DNA of 64,000 nt from positions 32,001 through 96,000 of the IMG/VR virus record IMGVR_UViG_3300028797_000005; one strand, given 5' to 3'. Below the pieces are notes generated by a model that saw nothing but the letters and a program-made list of their open reading frames with translations, searched no databases and was not told where the DNA came from. The position numbers and the translations under genes are program-made. This DNA is from a virus (lineage: Duplodnaviria; Caudoviricetes). Shown piece after piece: positions 8,121-16,147 of this stretch (the stretch's first letter is position 1; each line of letters opens with the position of its first letter).

Positions 8121-9545
8121 TTATCCTTTCTTCGTTAATACCCAGTCCGCAGTTTCATTACTTACGGTGCCTTCGCCGCCTACGACGTAAGCTTTCTTTG
8201 GGCTTAAAGTAGTAACATATCCTTGAGCTTCTCCCCAAGCGCCTGGATCGGCAAGGAGAAGTGGATGTCTTCCTAAGTTGCAAGAGCAAAGACCATCTGG
8301 GAAGCTCTTACCAGTAGCAATTACAATAGTATCAGCTTTAGCAAAGAACCTCTTAGCGATAGCAGCTGAAGTACTGTAACGATTATTACCATAGCAACGA
8401 GTGGTCTTACCATATTTCTTTAACTCTTCCTCAACCTTATCAGTAACTGCCGCGCTTCCACCGATAATGTAGAAAGTTCTATCCATCTTACCATAGTAAA
8501 TTTCCATTTCACTTAAGAATCTTGCCTGGTCTGGTAAAAGGCTTTTGCCTACGAGAAGAATTGGAATCTGTAAAGTAGATGCGCAGAGAGCATCTGGAAA
8601 ACTTTGTCCAGAACAAACTGCAATAGCTTGTCCAATCTCTACGTCCTTAAAAATCTCAAGGTTTGTATAGTAACGATTCTTGCCAGCATAGCGTTTTACC
8701 TTATAAGCAGAAAGTTTTTCTTCCATCGCTTTTGGAATTACGCCTTCACCGCCGCAGATAAATACTTGAGCATCTTCTTCAAGTCTACCTTTTAAATAAG
8801 TAGCTACTGAGTTCATAACTGATTCAGTATTATTGGTAAGAAGAAGTGGCCCGCCAACTCTTGACACGAGATAGCCAGCTGAAAGAGCATCGGCATAATT
8901 TTCACCACTTGCAATAACTGCCGCGGAGAACTTGCCTGGATATGTAATATTAGCTAAAGCCTTAGCTGTTTCATATCTATTATTACCCCAGACTCTTTCA
9001 AACCCCATAACTGGTTTTGGCTCCGGGTTAGGCGGATTAAGTCTAAGATTTACTTGGTTAGCTATATAGTCAAACTTACTTCCTAGATATGGGCCTGGGC
9101 AAAGAGTTGCCGCGAACCAGCAATGCTTTGTTAAATTGCCGGAAGTATCACCAGTATAATTGAGTTTTGCAATACCATTGCGCTGACAAATATCAACTAC
9201 AAGATCAATGCACTTTGCAATTACCTTATCGGCGACATGCCAATTTCCGCCAATCTCATCATTGGCAAGTTCAATAGTAACCGCTCTACGGTCATTATCG
9301 CCATTTGATGACGCCCAAGAGCGATCTTTTTCTTCAACATACATTCCAACTTGGAGGTCATTGTCAATAGCATAATTGGCTGATGCCTCTCTATAACCAT
9401 CAGAGAAAACTCTGCCAACTGTTTCTACTGATAGATCACCAGCCATATGATGGATAGTAATAGTATCAATTTTATGGCCAAGCCGGCTTGATTGATTAGG
9501 GCTGATTCTTGTATAAGTAACCAAAGAACTATTGCTCATAGCCAT
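8121..9545 (-). CDS. N-acetylmuramoyl-L-alanine amidase (Amidase_2) with three CW_binding_2 repeats; endolysin
   Basis: ITIHHMA, ASANY, VTIELAN, H..FAATLCPG, then three R..G.NRY.T / G..F.DAL / IIGG..AV repeats. Start at 9545 has RBS AAAGGGGAGG. Confidence 0.9.
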   Translation of the reverse strand: MAMSNSSLVTYTRISPNQSSRLGHKIDTITIHHMAGDLSVETVGRVFSDGYREASANYAIDNDLQVGMYVEEKDRSWASSNGDNDRRAVTIELANDEIGGNWHVADKVIAKCIDLVVDICQRNGIAKLNYTGDTSGNLTKHCWFAATLCPGPYLGSKFDYIANQVNLRLNPPNPEPKPVMGFERVWGNNRYETAKALANITYPGKFSAAVIASGENYADALSAGYLVSRVGGPLLLTNNTESVMNSVATYLKGRLEEDAQVFICGGEGVIPKAMEEKLSAYKVKRYAGKNRYYTNLEIFKDVEIGQAIAVCSGQSFPDALCASTLQIPILLVGKSLLPDQARFLSEMEIYYGKMDRTFYIIGGSAAVTDKVEEELKKYGKTTRCYGNNRYSTSAAIAKRFFAKADTIVIATGKSFPDGLCSCNLGRHPLLLADPGAWGEAQGYVTTLSPKKAYVVGGEGTVSNETADWVLTKKG

Positions 9546-9665
9546 CGTCCTCCCCTTTACCGTTTGAAAGTTCTTCAACAGTTGATTGAACCGCACATTC
9601 ACTTTCTGGGATTTCTACATCTCCTATTTGGGAGATTTTTTGTTGTTTAAATTCAGTTAACATTG

Positions 9666-10442
9666 TTATGCTCCTAATTTACTTAAGGTAGTTATACGGT
9701 AGGCAACAATTATATCTGACATATCGGTTCCAGAATTTTGAACTAAATTTATATAACGTGTCCTTGCCGCCATATCTGGATTCTTGTAAGTAAAACACAA
9801 GTGACAATAAGTATATCCACCTGTTACTGCAGATCTAATGTCTTGAAATCTATGAGATTCTCTAGTTCCACCAGCAGTAGCTGATACATTAACTCCTCTA
9901 TATCCATTCGCATTGGTTGGAAAACGAACTGCAATTTCAATTAAACAAACTGTTTTAGCCGGAATGCTCATTTCTTTTTTAGACTGCCAGGAGGTCCCAG
10001 TAGTTAAAGTAATAGTTTCATCTCTAACTTCACTTGGACATTTTACTCCACCAATTGTATCTCCGTCTGGATCAAGTATTGTACCCTCATTAGTAAATTG
10101 CCATCGGTAAAGAGAAGAATCATCTACATCTGTCCAATTTTGACATCCTGTCGCAACATAAACATTTGTATCTGCTGTTATATGTGTTGCTTCATTAGTT
10201 GCACTTAAATTTTTTAATGTATTATATTTTGCAGCAGATTCTCCTCCACCAATAACAACTGGTCCAAGCCCTGTAATTATAACTTTTCCAGCATAGCTAG
10301 TACTACTTGGAATTAGATTAATTTGCGGGGGCTCTTTTGCCAATGGATAAGCTGGCTCAGTTCCCATATCATCAGAACGACTATTATTAATAACTGCGTG
10401 TTTTCTAATATATGCTAATATCTGATCTAAACTAACAGCCAT
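9666..10442 (-). CDS. Hypothetical protein, possible virion beta-sandwich C-terminus
   Basis: 258 aa between two lysins; VRFPTNANGYRGV resembles fibre C-terminal domains. Confidence 0.5.
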   Translation of the reverse strand: MAVSLDQILAYIRKHAVINNSRSDDMGTEPAYPLAKEPPQINLIPSSTSYAGKVIITGLGPVVIGGGESAAKYNTLKNLSATNEATHITADTNVYVATGCQNWTDVDDSSLYRWQFTNEGTILDPDGDTIGGVKCPSEVRDETITLTTGTSWQSKKEMSIPAKTVCLIEIAVRFPTNANGYRGVNVSATAGGTRESHRFQDIRSAVTGGYTYCHLCFTYKNPDMAARTRYINLVQNSGTDMSDIIVAYRITTLSKLGA

Positions 10443-10443
10443 A

Positions 10444-11385
10444 TCACAACACCTTATTTAAGAACTTCTGCATAGCTAATGCCGATTCTTCACCGAATAT
10501 TCCGTCAATAACAATATTATATCCCTGTTTCTCTCTCAGCCATCTTTGCCATGCTCTAACAGTATTTTCATCAACATAACCATTCGTGGGAGCTGCAATG
10601 CCTTTCTTAATCAGATAATTTTGAAATACTTTAATCATCTGACTGCCGCCACCGTCAGTATCATATGAAAGAATGGCAGGTGCATATCTCTTAATTGAAC
10701 TTAACTGGTCACTAATAATACCATCTTGAGTAGTTCCAAGCCATTTCTGCATGGCCGCAATACTTAATTTACCAAATTCGCCATCTTCATCTAACTTAGC
10801 TTTATCTTCATAATTGATAGGATTATAAATAAAACCTTGGAAAGTGTACTGGCCGAAATGATAAGGCGGCTTATGAGTGCTTAACCAGAATCTAGTACTG
10901 TAATAAGCTGAGTTAGAACAAGTGATGCTACCATCGGCATTAATCTTTTCAACAATAGCTACATGGCCCATGCCGTCACTATCATCGTAAGCATTTCCTC
11001 TTCTCCAACAAATGACAGCTCCAAGTTTAGGAGTCTTACCACGCTTATAGCCGTCATTAGTATTATACCATCTTTCAGCATCGGCGCGGCTTAGATTATG
11101 CTTTGCTCCAAGTAATTCTCTCCAGCGGCCCCAGGCATAGCCTACACAGTTAGGAAGGCAACTTTTCCCTTCAATTTTAATGCAATAATTGTAGCCGCCA
11201 GCTGTATAATGGATCCAGTTTTTATCAGTCGTACTAGGTGCCTTTAATCTAGGGACCCAGATCGCTCCAATGCCTTCAGGAAGTTCTTCTCCGTCTTGTA
11301 CTTCAATGCCAGCATCAAGACAAGCCTGATAGAAATCATCTTCTATCATTTCTTCCAAAATTTGGCTATTATTATCTTTTTCCAT
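10444..11385 (-). CDS. CHAP-domain peptidoglycan hydrolase with C-terminal PG-binding repeats
   Basis: NCVGYAWGR (catalytic Cys), GHVAIVE (His), DGEFG/DGIFG binding repeats. Likely start 11385 with RBS AAGGAGG. Confidence 0.88.
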   Translation of the reverse strand: MEKDNNSQILEEMIEDDFYQACLDAGIEVQDGEELPEGIGAIWVPRLKAPSTTDKNWIHYTAGGYNYCIKIEGKSCLPNCVGYAWGRWRELLGAKHNLSRADAERWYNTNDGYKRGKTPKLGAVICWRRGNAYDDSDGMGHVAIVEKINADGSITCSNSAYYSTRFWLSTHKPPYHFGQYTFQGFIYNPINYEDKAKLDEDGEFGKLSIAAMQKWLGTTQDGIISDQLSSIKRYAPAILSYDTDGGGSQMIKVFQNYLIKKGIAAPTNGYVDENTVRAWQRWLREKQGYNIVIDGIFGEESALAMQKFLNKVL

Positions 11386-11412
11386 AACTTCCTCCTTAAT
11401 TTTTATCATTAT

Positions 11413-11440
11413 CAAGTAACCTTTCCTTTATATTTATATA
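11413..11440 (-). promoter_or_regulatory. Candidate late promoter TATATA-N17-ACTTG
   Basis: Between the ncRNA terminator and the lysin operon; resembles the sites at 6541 and 22318. Confidence 0.35.
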
Positions 11441-11442
11441 AT

Positions 11443-11476
11443 AAAAAAAGGTTGGCTTTTTATCAAATAGCCAACC
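11443..11476 (-). terminator. Intrinsic terminator ending the ncRNA transcript
   Basis: Minus strand GGTTGGCT-loop-AGCCAACC followed by T7. Confidence 0.85.
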
Positions 11477-11487
11477 CTATATGTTAA

Positions 11488-11546
11488 GAGGTCATAATAA
11501 AGGGGGTGACCTCATAGTGGGCAGTATGATAAGGAGGAAACTGCCC
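11488..11546 (-). ncRNA. Two hairpins with C/U-rich anti-SD loops
   Basis: GGGCAGU-UUCCUCCUUAUCAU-ACUGCCC (11519-11546) and GAGGUCA-CCCCCUUUAUUA-UGACCUC (11488-11513). Confidence 0.6.
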
Positions 11547-11591
11547 CTTATTCAACCCACTAAGGTAGGGTTGCACCAGAAAGGTTTAGTA

Positions 11592-12138
11592 CGTATCATT
11601 GGGGCTTCCCCCTACAACCAATCAAAACTTGATTTAATCAATCACGGTGGAGATAAGTCTGAGCAGAAGGGAGCTACCCTCAAGCTTCTTACCCCGGTCT
11701 CTCGACCTAGTACACCGACAGGATTGGAACCTGCTACTTTCACCCGCTTTCAGAAACCTTCATGTTGTTTAAACATACAACTTTTATCTTGTATGTTGCG
11801 GCTGTTGGGCTACTCGTACCTTCCTTAGTGTCATAGCCGGATTTCACGGCTTCTCCGCAAATTCGATTCTTTGGTATTCCCTTAGGGGCCTTACTTGGTT
11901 ACCAGTCAAGCGGCATAAGGGTTATTCTCCACAGGAGCGTCTATTACTCGAACCACTTCGGAAGTATTTTAATCTTATTAAGTTGGTGCGCTGTTACTAT
12001 ACTTTGAGGTTTGACTCTCTTCAGGACTAAAGGCTTATTCACCTAATCCAGCATCTCACTTAAAGAACTATCGTTCTAAAAGGATTAGCACATAGCCACC
12101 CCGGCAGGTTGCGCCTTCTACACCGGGATAATGATACG
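11592..12138 (-). ncRNA. Large structured ncRNA, ROOL-like (~547 nt)
   Basis: GC-enriched and without a credible ORF. Closed by a 9-bp terminal helix CGUAUCAUU/AAUGAUACG; many GNRA-capped hairpins and a T-loop arm; bracketed by promoters and a terminator. Size, phage/Firmicute context and recalled motifs (GUGGAGAAUAACC, GAGUAGCCCAA, GGGUAGCUCCC, GCUCAGAC) fit ROOL. Not confirmed by a covariance model. Confidence 0.7.
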
Positions 12139-12202
12139 GGAATTTTAGTTCAGCCGAAGCCTTAACAGCTGCGCCACGGGAAGGCAATTCCATGCAGCCA
12201 TC

Positions 12203-12243
12203 GGTCGAGGTTGAAAGGAAAGGAAAGAAACATATCCTCGACC
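12203..12243 (-). ncRNA. 5' leader hairpin with U/C-rich loop
   Basis: GGUCGAGG-AUAUGUUUCUUUCCUUUCCUUUCAA-CCUCGACC immediately after the predicted TSS (~12247). Confidence 0.6.
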
Positions 12244-12253
12244 TTACTTAAAT

Positions 12254-12458
12254 ATTATATCAAAAATTTCAGAAACTTGCAAATTTTCGATTCCGAATTT
12301 TTCGGAAAAATTTTATCTGACTAATCTCTCAACCTTACATAAATATTATATCAAAAATTTCAAAATTAATCAAATTTTCATTTATATCTTTCAGTAAGGA
12401 TTTCGTTCCTCTCTCGACCTTACTTATATAGTATATCAAAAATCTCATTTCTTTTCAA
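12254..12458 (-). promoter_or_regulatory. Three tandem sigmaA promoters driving the ncRNA cassette
   Basis: TTGCAA-N17-TATAAT (12282-12254), TTGATT-N17-TATAAT (12373-12345), TTGAAA-N17-TATACT (12458-12430). Each has TTTTTGA before the -10 and GTAAGGTYGAG after it. Confidence 0.88.
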
Positions 12459-12470
12459 ATTTTCGTAGCT

Positions 12471-13328
12471 TCAAATTTTCAAAAATTCTGGATTCATGGT
12501 AAGATTATAAAGAAGCATATAATCTTCCTTTGTCGGTTCAAACGGCAAGAAAGACAAAAGTTTTCTCCACATATTCATGTTATCAAAGATACTGAATAAA
12601 TCCCAAGATACCCATTGTTTCTTATGATTATTAGGCTCCGCAATAAACTCAGCTAATTTACCAACATAAGGCTTATATAATACTTCTATTTGACTTCTAA
12701 AATCTTCCCAGTCAAATTCATTGACTTTATGATTTAAGATAAGACACTCACCACTCTTTGTACTTAAGATACAATGATCAAAGTTAGGAGCATCTTCTCT
12801 TGTCAAAATAGAGCTACACAATTCACTATCTACTGAACTGCCAGCGCCAAATATAAAGTGGGAATAGTGAACATTCTTACTATAAAAAATTGCCGTACTT
12901 TTATCAACATTATAGCTATGCCATATGATAGATGAATCCATAATTTCACTACTCATATCATGGACATTTGTACTTTTTATAATATGAGAACTATCGAATA
13001 CACTTACACTATCGAAAACTCTTGTAGAATCTATAACATAACTTGAGTTCTTAACCTTGCGGCTGCCGGCGACCATCATACTACCAGTAATTTCACAGCT
13101 TTTATAAATGCCGCTTGACTTTTCATCAATCATGGCGCACCCGCGCAAAAGCTGCTTATCTTCATCTGGCAGCTCAACCTCGAACATCAAGTTGCAAGCC
13201 AGCTGAGGAGAACAGTAATCTTCAATAATGTCCTTAACTTCTTTGCCAACATAATCGCCTTCATACATGGCTTTTCTAGTCCAGTCAGTCACATATTGAC
13301 CTTGTAACATTTCATCAGTTATTACCAT
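12471..13328 (-). CDS. Hypothetical protein with Ser-periodic (beta-helix-like) central repeats
   Basis: S..V..S..I..S periodicity at about residues 90-165. Confidence 0.6.
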   Translation of the reverse strand: MVITDEMLQGQYVTDWTRKAMYEGDYVGKEVKDIIEDYCSPQLACNLMFEVELPDEDKQLLRGCAMIDEKSSGIYKSCEITGSMMVAGSRKVKNSSYVIDSTRVFDSVSVFDSSHIIKSTNVHDMSSEIMDSSIIWHSYNVDKSTAIFYSKNVHYSHFIFGAGSSVDSELCSSILTREDAPNFDHCILSTKSGECLILNHKVNEFDWEDFRSQIEVLYKPYVGKLAEFIAEPNNHKKQWVSWDLFSIFDNMNMWRKLLSFLPFEPTKEDYMLLYNLTMNPEFLKI

Positions 13329-13644
13329 AATTAGTCATCACCGCCAAGTTCAGCTTTGCATTAAGCAAATCAAGCCAAGTAGAAAGATTCTTACCCTTTC
13401 TCCAATACGCGACAGGATAATAAGAACCCTTGCCTTCAATCGTTACATCATCACCAAAGAACAGTTTAATGAAGCGCAGATAATCCACATAAGTCAGACC
13501 AAGCACCCGTGCCGGCGCGACATTATAACTTCCACCATTTTTTGTATTAAAAGGGAAAGTCTCATAATCAGCTGGCACAATAATGCAACGAGTCATATCG
13601 CCAGGAATTGCCTCCCTATATGTAAAATATACTTTCTTCGCCAT
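13315..13644 (-). CDS. Hypothetical protein
   Basis: Likely start ATG 13644 overlapping the upstream stop (TAATG). Confidence 0.65.
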   Translation of the reverse strand: MAKKVYFTYREAIPGDMTRCIIVPADYETFPFNTKNGGSYNVAPARVLGLTYVDYLRFIKLFFGDDVTIEGKGSYYPVAYWRKGKNLSTWLDLLNAKLNLAVMTNYGNN

Positions 13645-13946
13645 TACAGAGACAACTCCTTCCAATACTCTTCCATCTCAACTCTTTCATCGCCAGTTAA
13701 GTCAAGCAGCCACGGGTCTTCCATCAAATTTTTACTCATAACGAAAGTCTCAAGACGCAATCTCATAGCCTCACCATCTATCTGGACAGGCTGAATATCA
13801 GCTTCCGGCACATAACCGGGAATGACATATCTCTTGACAGTCGAAGCTGAAATTCCAAGTTCCCTACCTACGGCGGCATAAGTCTTAAGTTTTAAATATC
13901 TTTCATTAATCTGTTTCTTAATTTCCGGCGTAATTCGCGTAGCCAT
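13644..13946 (-). CDS. Helix-turn-helix DNA-binding protein
   Basis: TYAAVGRELGISASTVKRYV is a typical HTH. Confidence 0.8.
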   Translation of the reverse strand: MATRITPEIKKQINERYLKLKTYAAVGRELGISASTVKRYVIPGYVPEADIQPVQIDGEAMRLRLETFVMSKNLMEDPWLLDLTGDERVEMEEYWKELSL

Positions 13947-14163
13947 ATCTTATCTCCTTATTAAAGAACTTACCTGCGGACTCTGCGCCCATCCAATCAC
14001 GGACAACTCTCTCAGGAATACCCGGATAAGAATATACTCCACCATGAGAGAAAGTTACGCTCAAGATATTGGTTTCTTTGTTGTAAGTAAAGTCTTTAAT
14101 ACAAGCTGAGTTGATTACCTGTGCAATAATTTCTTTGTTATTTTCAAAAATCTGTACGTTCAT
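13918..14163 (-). CDS. KTSC-domain protein
   Basis: S..I....Y...T..L.V.F..GG.Y.Y.G.P.......M.AES.GKFFN.EIR matches the KTSC pattern. Confidence 0.85.
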   Translation of the reverse strand: MNVQIFENNKEIIAQVINSACIKDFTYNKETNILSVTFSHGGVYSYPGIPERVVRDWMGAESAGKFFNKEIRYGYANYAGN

Positions 14164-14252
14164 TTTCTTTTCCTTTCACTAATAATCCAGTCTGTAATTA
14201 AAAATCCACAAGCAAATCCACCTAAACCACAAATAAAATATATCGCCGCCAT
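14160..14252 (-). CDS. 30-aa single-TM peptide
   Basis: MAAIYFICGLGGFACGFLITDWIISERKRK*; RBS GAGGTG; ATGA overlap with the KTSC gene. Confidence 0.5.
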   Translation of the reverse strand: MAAIYFICGLGGFACGFLITDWIISERKRK

Positions 14253-14279
14253 ACCTACACCTCTTTCAATTCTATATAT

Positions 14280-14340
14280 AGTATATCATATATTTATATT
14301 TTTTTCAAATTTTGACTTTTTTTAAAAAATACGATATACT
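14280..14340. promoter_or_regulatory. Back-to-back divergent sigmaA promoters
   Basis: Minus: TTGAAA(14308-14303)-N17-TATACT. Plus: TTGACT(14312)-N17-TATACT(14335-14340). Confidence 0.85.
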
Positions 14341-14345
14341 ATAAT

Positions 14346-14627
14346 TGGTGAGGTGGAAAGTAGTGAAGTCCACATAAAACTCATCGGGAGGCGACGGCTG
14401 AAACCGGCGTGGCATATTCGTAAGGGATATGCTAGTATATTCACGATCCTTGACGGCTCCGGAAGCGGTGCTGCTAAAACGCGTTTTAATCCATAGCTTA
14501 TAGGAAGTTAAAGTAGGTCTGGGCTGGCGTTCAGGCTTATTAAGTGTACCCAAATTCCGATTTTCGATTTGCGATGAGAGGGGTTTGGGGAGAGTATTTT
14601 TCTTAACTTCCTAAGCGGTGGATTAAA
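14346..14627 (+). ncRNA. Unidentified structured ncRNA (~280 nt)
   Basis: Own promoter, GC-enriched, no RBS-led ORF. Stems GGUGAG/CUCAUC, GUGGA/UCCAC, UUUAAUCCA/UGGAUUAAA, UAGGAAGUUAA/UUAACUUCCUA, CCCAAA/UUUGGG. Confidence 0.65.
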
Positions 14628-14628
14628 T

Positions 14629-14657
14629 TTGATTTTTTTATAAATTTATTATATAAT
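14629..14657 (+). promoter_or_regulatory. SigmaA promoter for the rnhA operon
   Basis: TTGATT-N17-TATAAT. Confidence 0.8.
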
Positions 14658-14687
14658 AAATATATAATAGTAAGGAAGGATAAAAGA

Positions 14688-15170
14688 ATGATATGTATTT
14701 ACACCGACGGCGCTTGTAGTTTTAATGGATCATCTGATGCAATAGCAGGATGGTCTTTTTGCGTTGTTAGAGGGAATGAACTATTAGATAAATATTATGG
14801 TACTGTTTATAATGGAACCAATAATATTGGCGAACTTTGGGGTATCCTTAGCGCATTGACTTATATTGATAAATGGGCAGAAGAAGAAACTGAAATTATT
14901 ATTTATTCTGATTCAGCTTATTGTGTTAATGGCGCAAATGAATGGCGGCATAATTGGCGGTGCAATGGTTGGAAAAGAAGTAGTGGAGAACTTAAGAACG
15001 CAGAACTCTGGCAAAGCATTGATTATTTCTTAAATAAACACCCTAATGTAAGAATAGAAAAAGTTAAGGGCCATGCTGGAGTTGATTGGAACGATTATGC
15101 TGACACACTAGCTAAGAAAGGAGTAGAAGATGGAAAAAATAGTCATAGACCTGACGAACTTTACGGATAG
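14688..15170 (+). CDS. rnhA: Ribonuclease HI
   Basis: IYTDGAC, TNNIGEL, YSDSAY, KNAELW, KVKGHAG..WND.AD.LA motifs. Confidence 0.95.
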   Translation: MICIYTDGACSFNGSSDAIAGWSFCVVRGNELLDKYYGTVYNGTNNIGELWGILSALTYIDKWAEEETEIIIYSDSAYCVNGANEWRHNWRCNGWKRSSGELKNAELWQSIDYFLNKHPNVRIEKVKGHAGVDWNDYADTLAKKGVEDGKNSHRPDELYG

Positions 15171-15642
15171 AGAAGACCAGCTTAATTTACTTGCTATGTT
15201 TATTGTAAATAGGGCGGCCATGTATGATGGTACGAAGTATAATAGAATTGCCGTCGAACTTTCAGATGATGCAATCAGTTGTACTGCTTATCATTTCTTA
15301 ACTATTATCAGTAATTATAATAAGATTCCTATTTATGTAAACTGGAAAGCTAGGGCGGCAAGATATGTCAATCATAAAGCATTAAGATTTAGACCGCAGT
15401 TTTGGCTTGAATGGATTAAGAAAAAGGAAGATACGCTTTATCTTGACTGTGTATCTACTACGACATTTGAATTAAGCCATGATGTCCCAAAAATTTTTTC
15501 CGGATTCTCAAAGCAAGAAATTGAAGAAATTGCCGAAAAGCTCTATGGCTGGCAAGATGACTTACAGAGTTACAAAGAATGGAAGAAACAACTTAAGAAG
15601 GAGCTAAAAAATGCACGTAATAACAGTAAGCGGGAAGGCTAG
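15130..15642 (+). CDS. Hypothetical protein
   Basis: 170 aa; RBS AAAGGAG. Confidence 0.65.
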   Translation: MEKIVIDLTNFTDREDQLNLLAMFIVNRAAMYDGTKYNRIAVELSDDAISCTAYHFLTIISNYNKIPIYVNWKARAARYVNHKALRFRPQFWLEWIKKKEDTLYLDCVSTTTFELSHDVPKIFSGFSKQEIEEIAEKLYGWQDDLQSYKEWKKQLKKELKNARNNSKREG

Positions 15643-16147
15643 ACATGGTAAGGATACTGCGGCAGAATACATGGGCGATTGGCTCAAGATGCACGGTTAT
15701 TCATACATGATAGTGCATTATGCTGATTTGCTTAAGTTCATTCTCCGTGAATATTATCATTGGAATGGTTCTAAAGACAAAGATGGTAGAGCGTTACTTC
15801 AGCACGTCGGCACAGATATTGCCAGGAAGAAAGATCCAGACTTTTGGATTAAACAGCTAGAAGCAATTATTAACACTTTCTTCTCCCATGTTCATTTTAT
15901 AATTATCGCCGATGCTCGTTTCCCAAATGAAATTGAACATTGGATAGAGCAAGGTAAATTGGAACTATGCGTTAAAGTAGTGCGGCCTGAAGAAAAACTG
16001 CCCGAACATCTTACTCCGGTAGCTAAGCTGCATGAATCTGAAACCGCACTTGATGATTATAATTTTGACTATACTATTGTAGCTGAAGACTTGAATGAAT
16101 TAAAAGATGCTGTAACTATGGTAATGAATGAGGCAATTGAAGCATGA
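15611..16147 (+). CDS. Deoxynucleoside monophosphate kinase (P-loop)
   Basis: SGKARHGKDT, R.LLQ.VGTD..R, IADARFPNE, H.SETALD. Confidence 0.85.
   Translation: MHVITVSGKARHGKDTAAEYMGDWLKMHGYSYMIVHYADLLKFILREYYHWNGSKDKDGRALLQHVGTDIARKKDPDFWIKQLEAIINTFFSHVHFIIIADARFPNEIEHWIEQGKLELCVKVVRPEEKLPEHLTPVAKLHESETALDDYNFDYTIVAEDLNELKDAVTMVMNEAIEA

Noticed and set aside
11698-11708. 11-nt identity (AGGTCGAGAGA) between the large RNA interior and the distal promoter leader (12410-12420)
   Set aside because: Short, and explained by a GAGA tetraloop hairpin; cannot be distinguished from chance.
11718-11734. tRNA-like T-arm (GCAGGUUCCAAUCCUGU)
   Set aside because: No acceptor, D or anticodon arms around it; better explained as a T-loop inside the large RNA.
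11481-11828. 115-aa plus-strand ORF
   Set aside because: Antisense to the structured RNA, with no RBS or promoter and no recognisable protein features.
12236-12463. Three spaced repeats resembling a CRISPR array
   Set aside because: The repeats are -35/-10 promoter elements, degenerate, with no cas genes in the window.
14305-14553. 82-aa minus-strand ORF
   Set aside because: Overlaps the divergent promoters and the plus-strand structured RNA; no RBS.
14346-15170. Retron-like system (ncRNA plus RNase H)
   Set aside because: No reverse transcriptase (YxDD) gene in the window and no msr-msd layout recognised.
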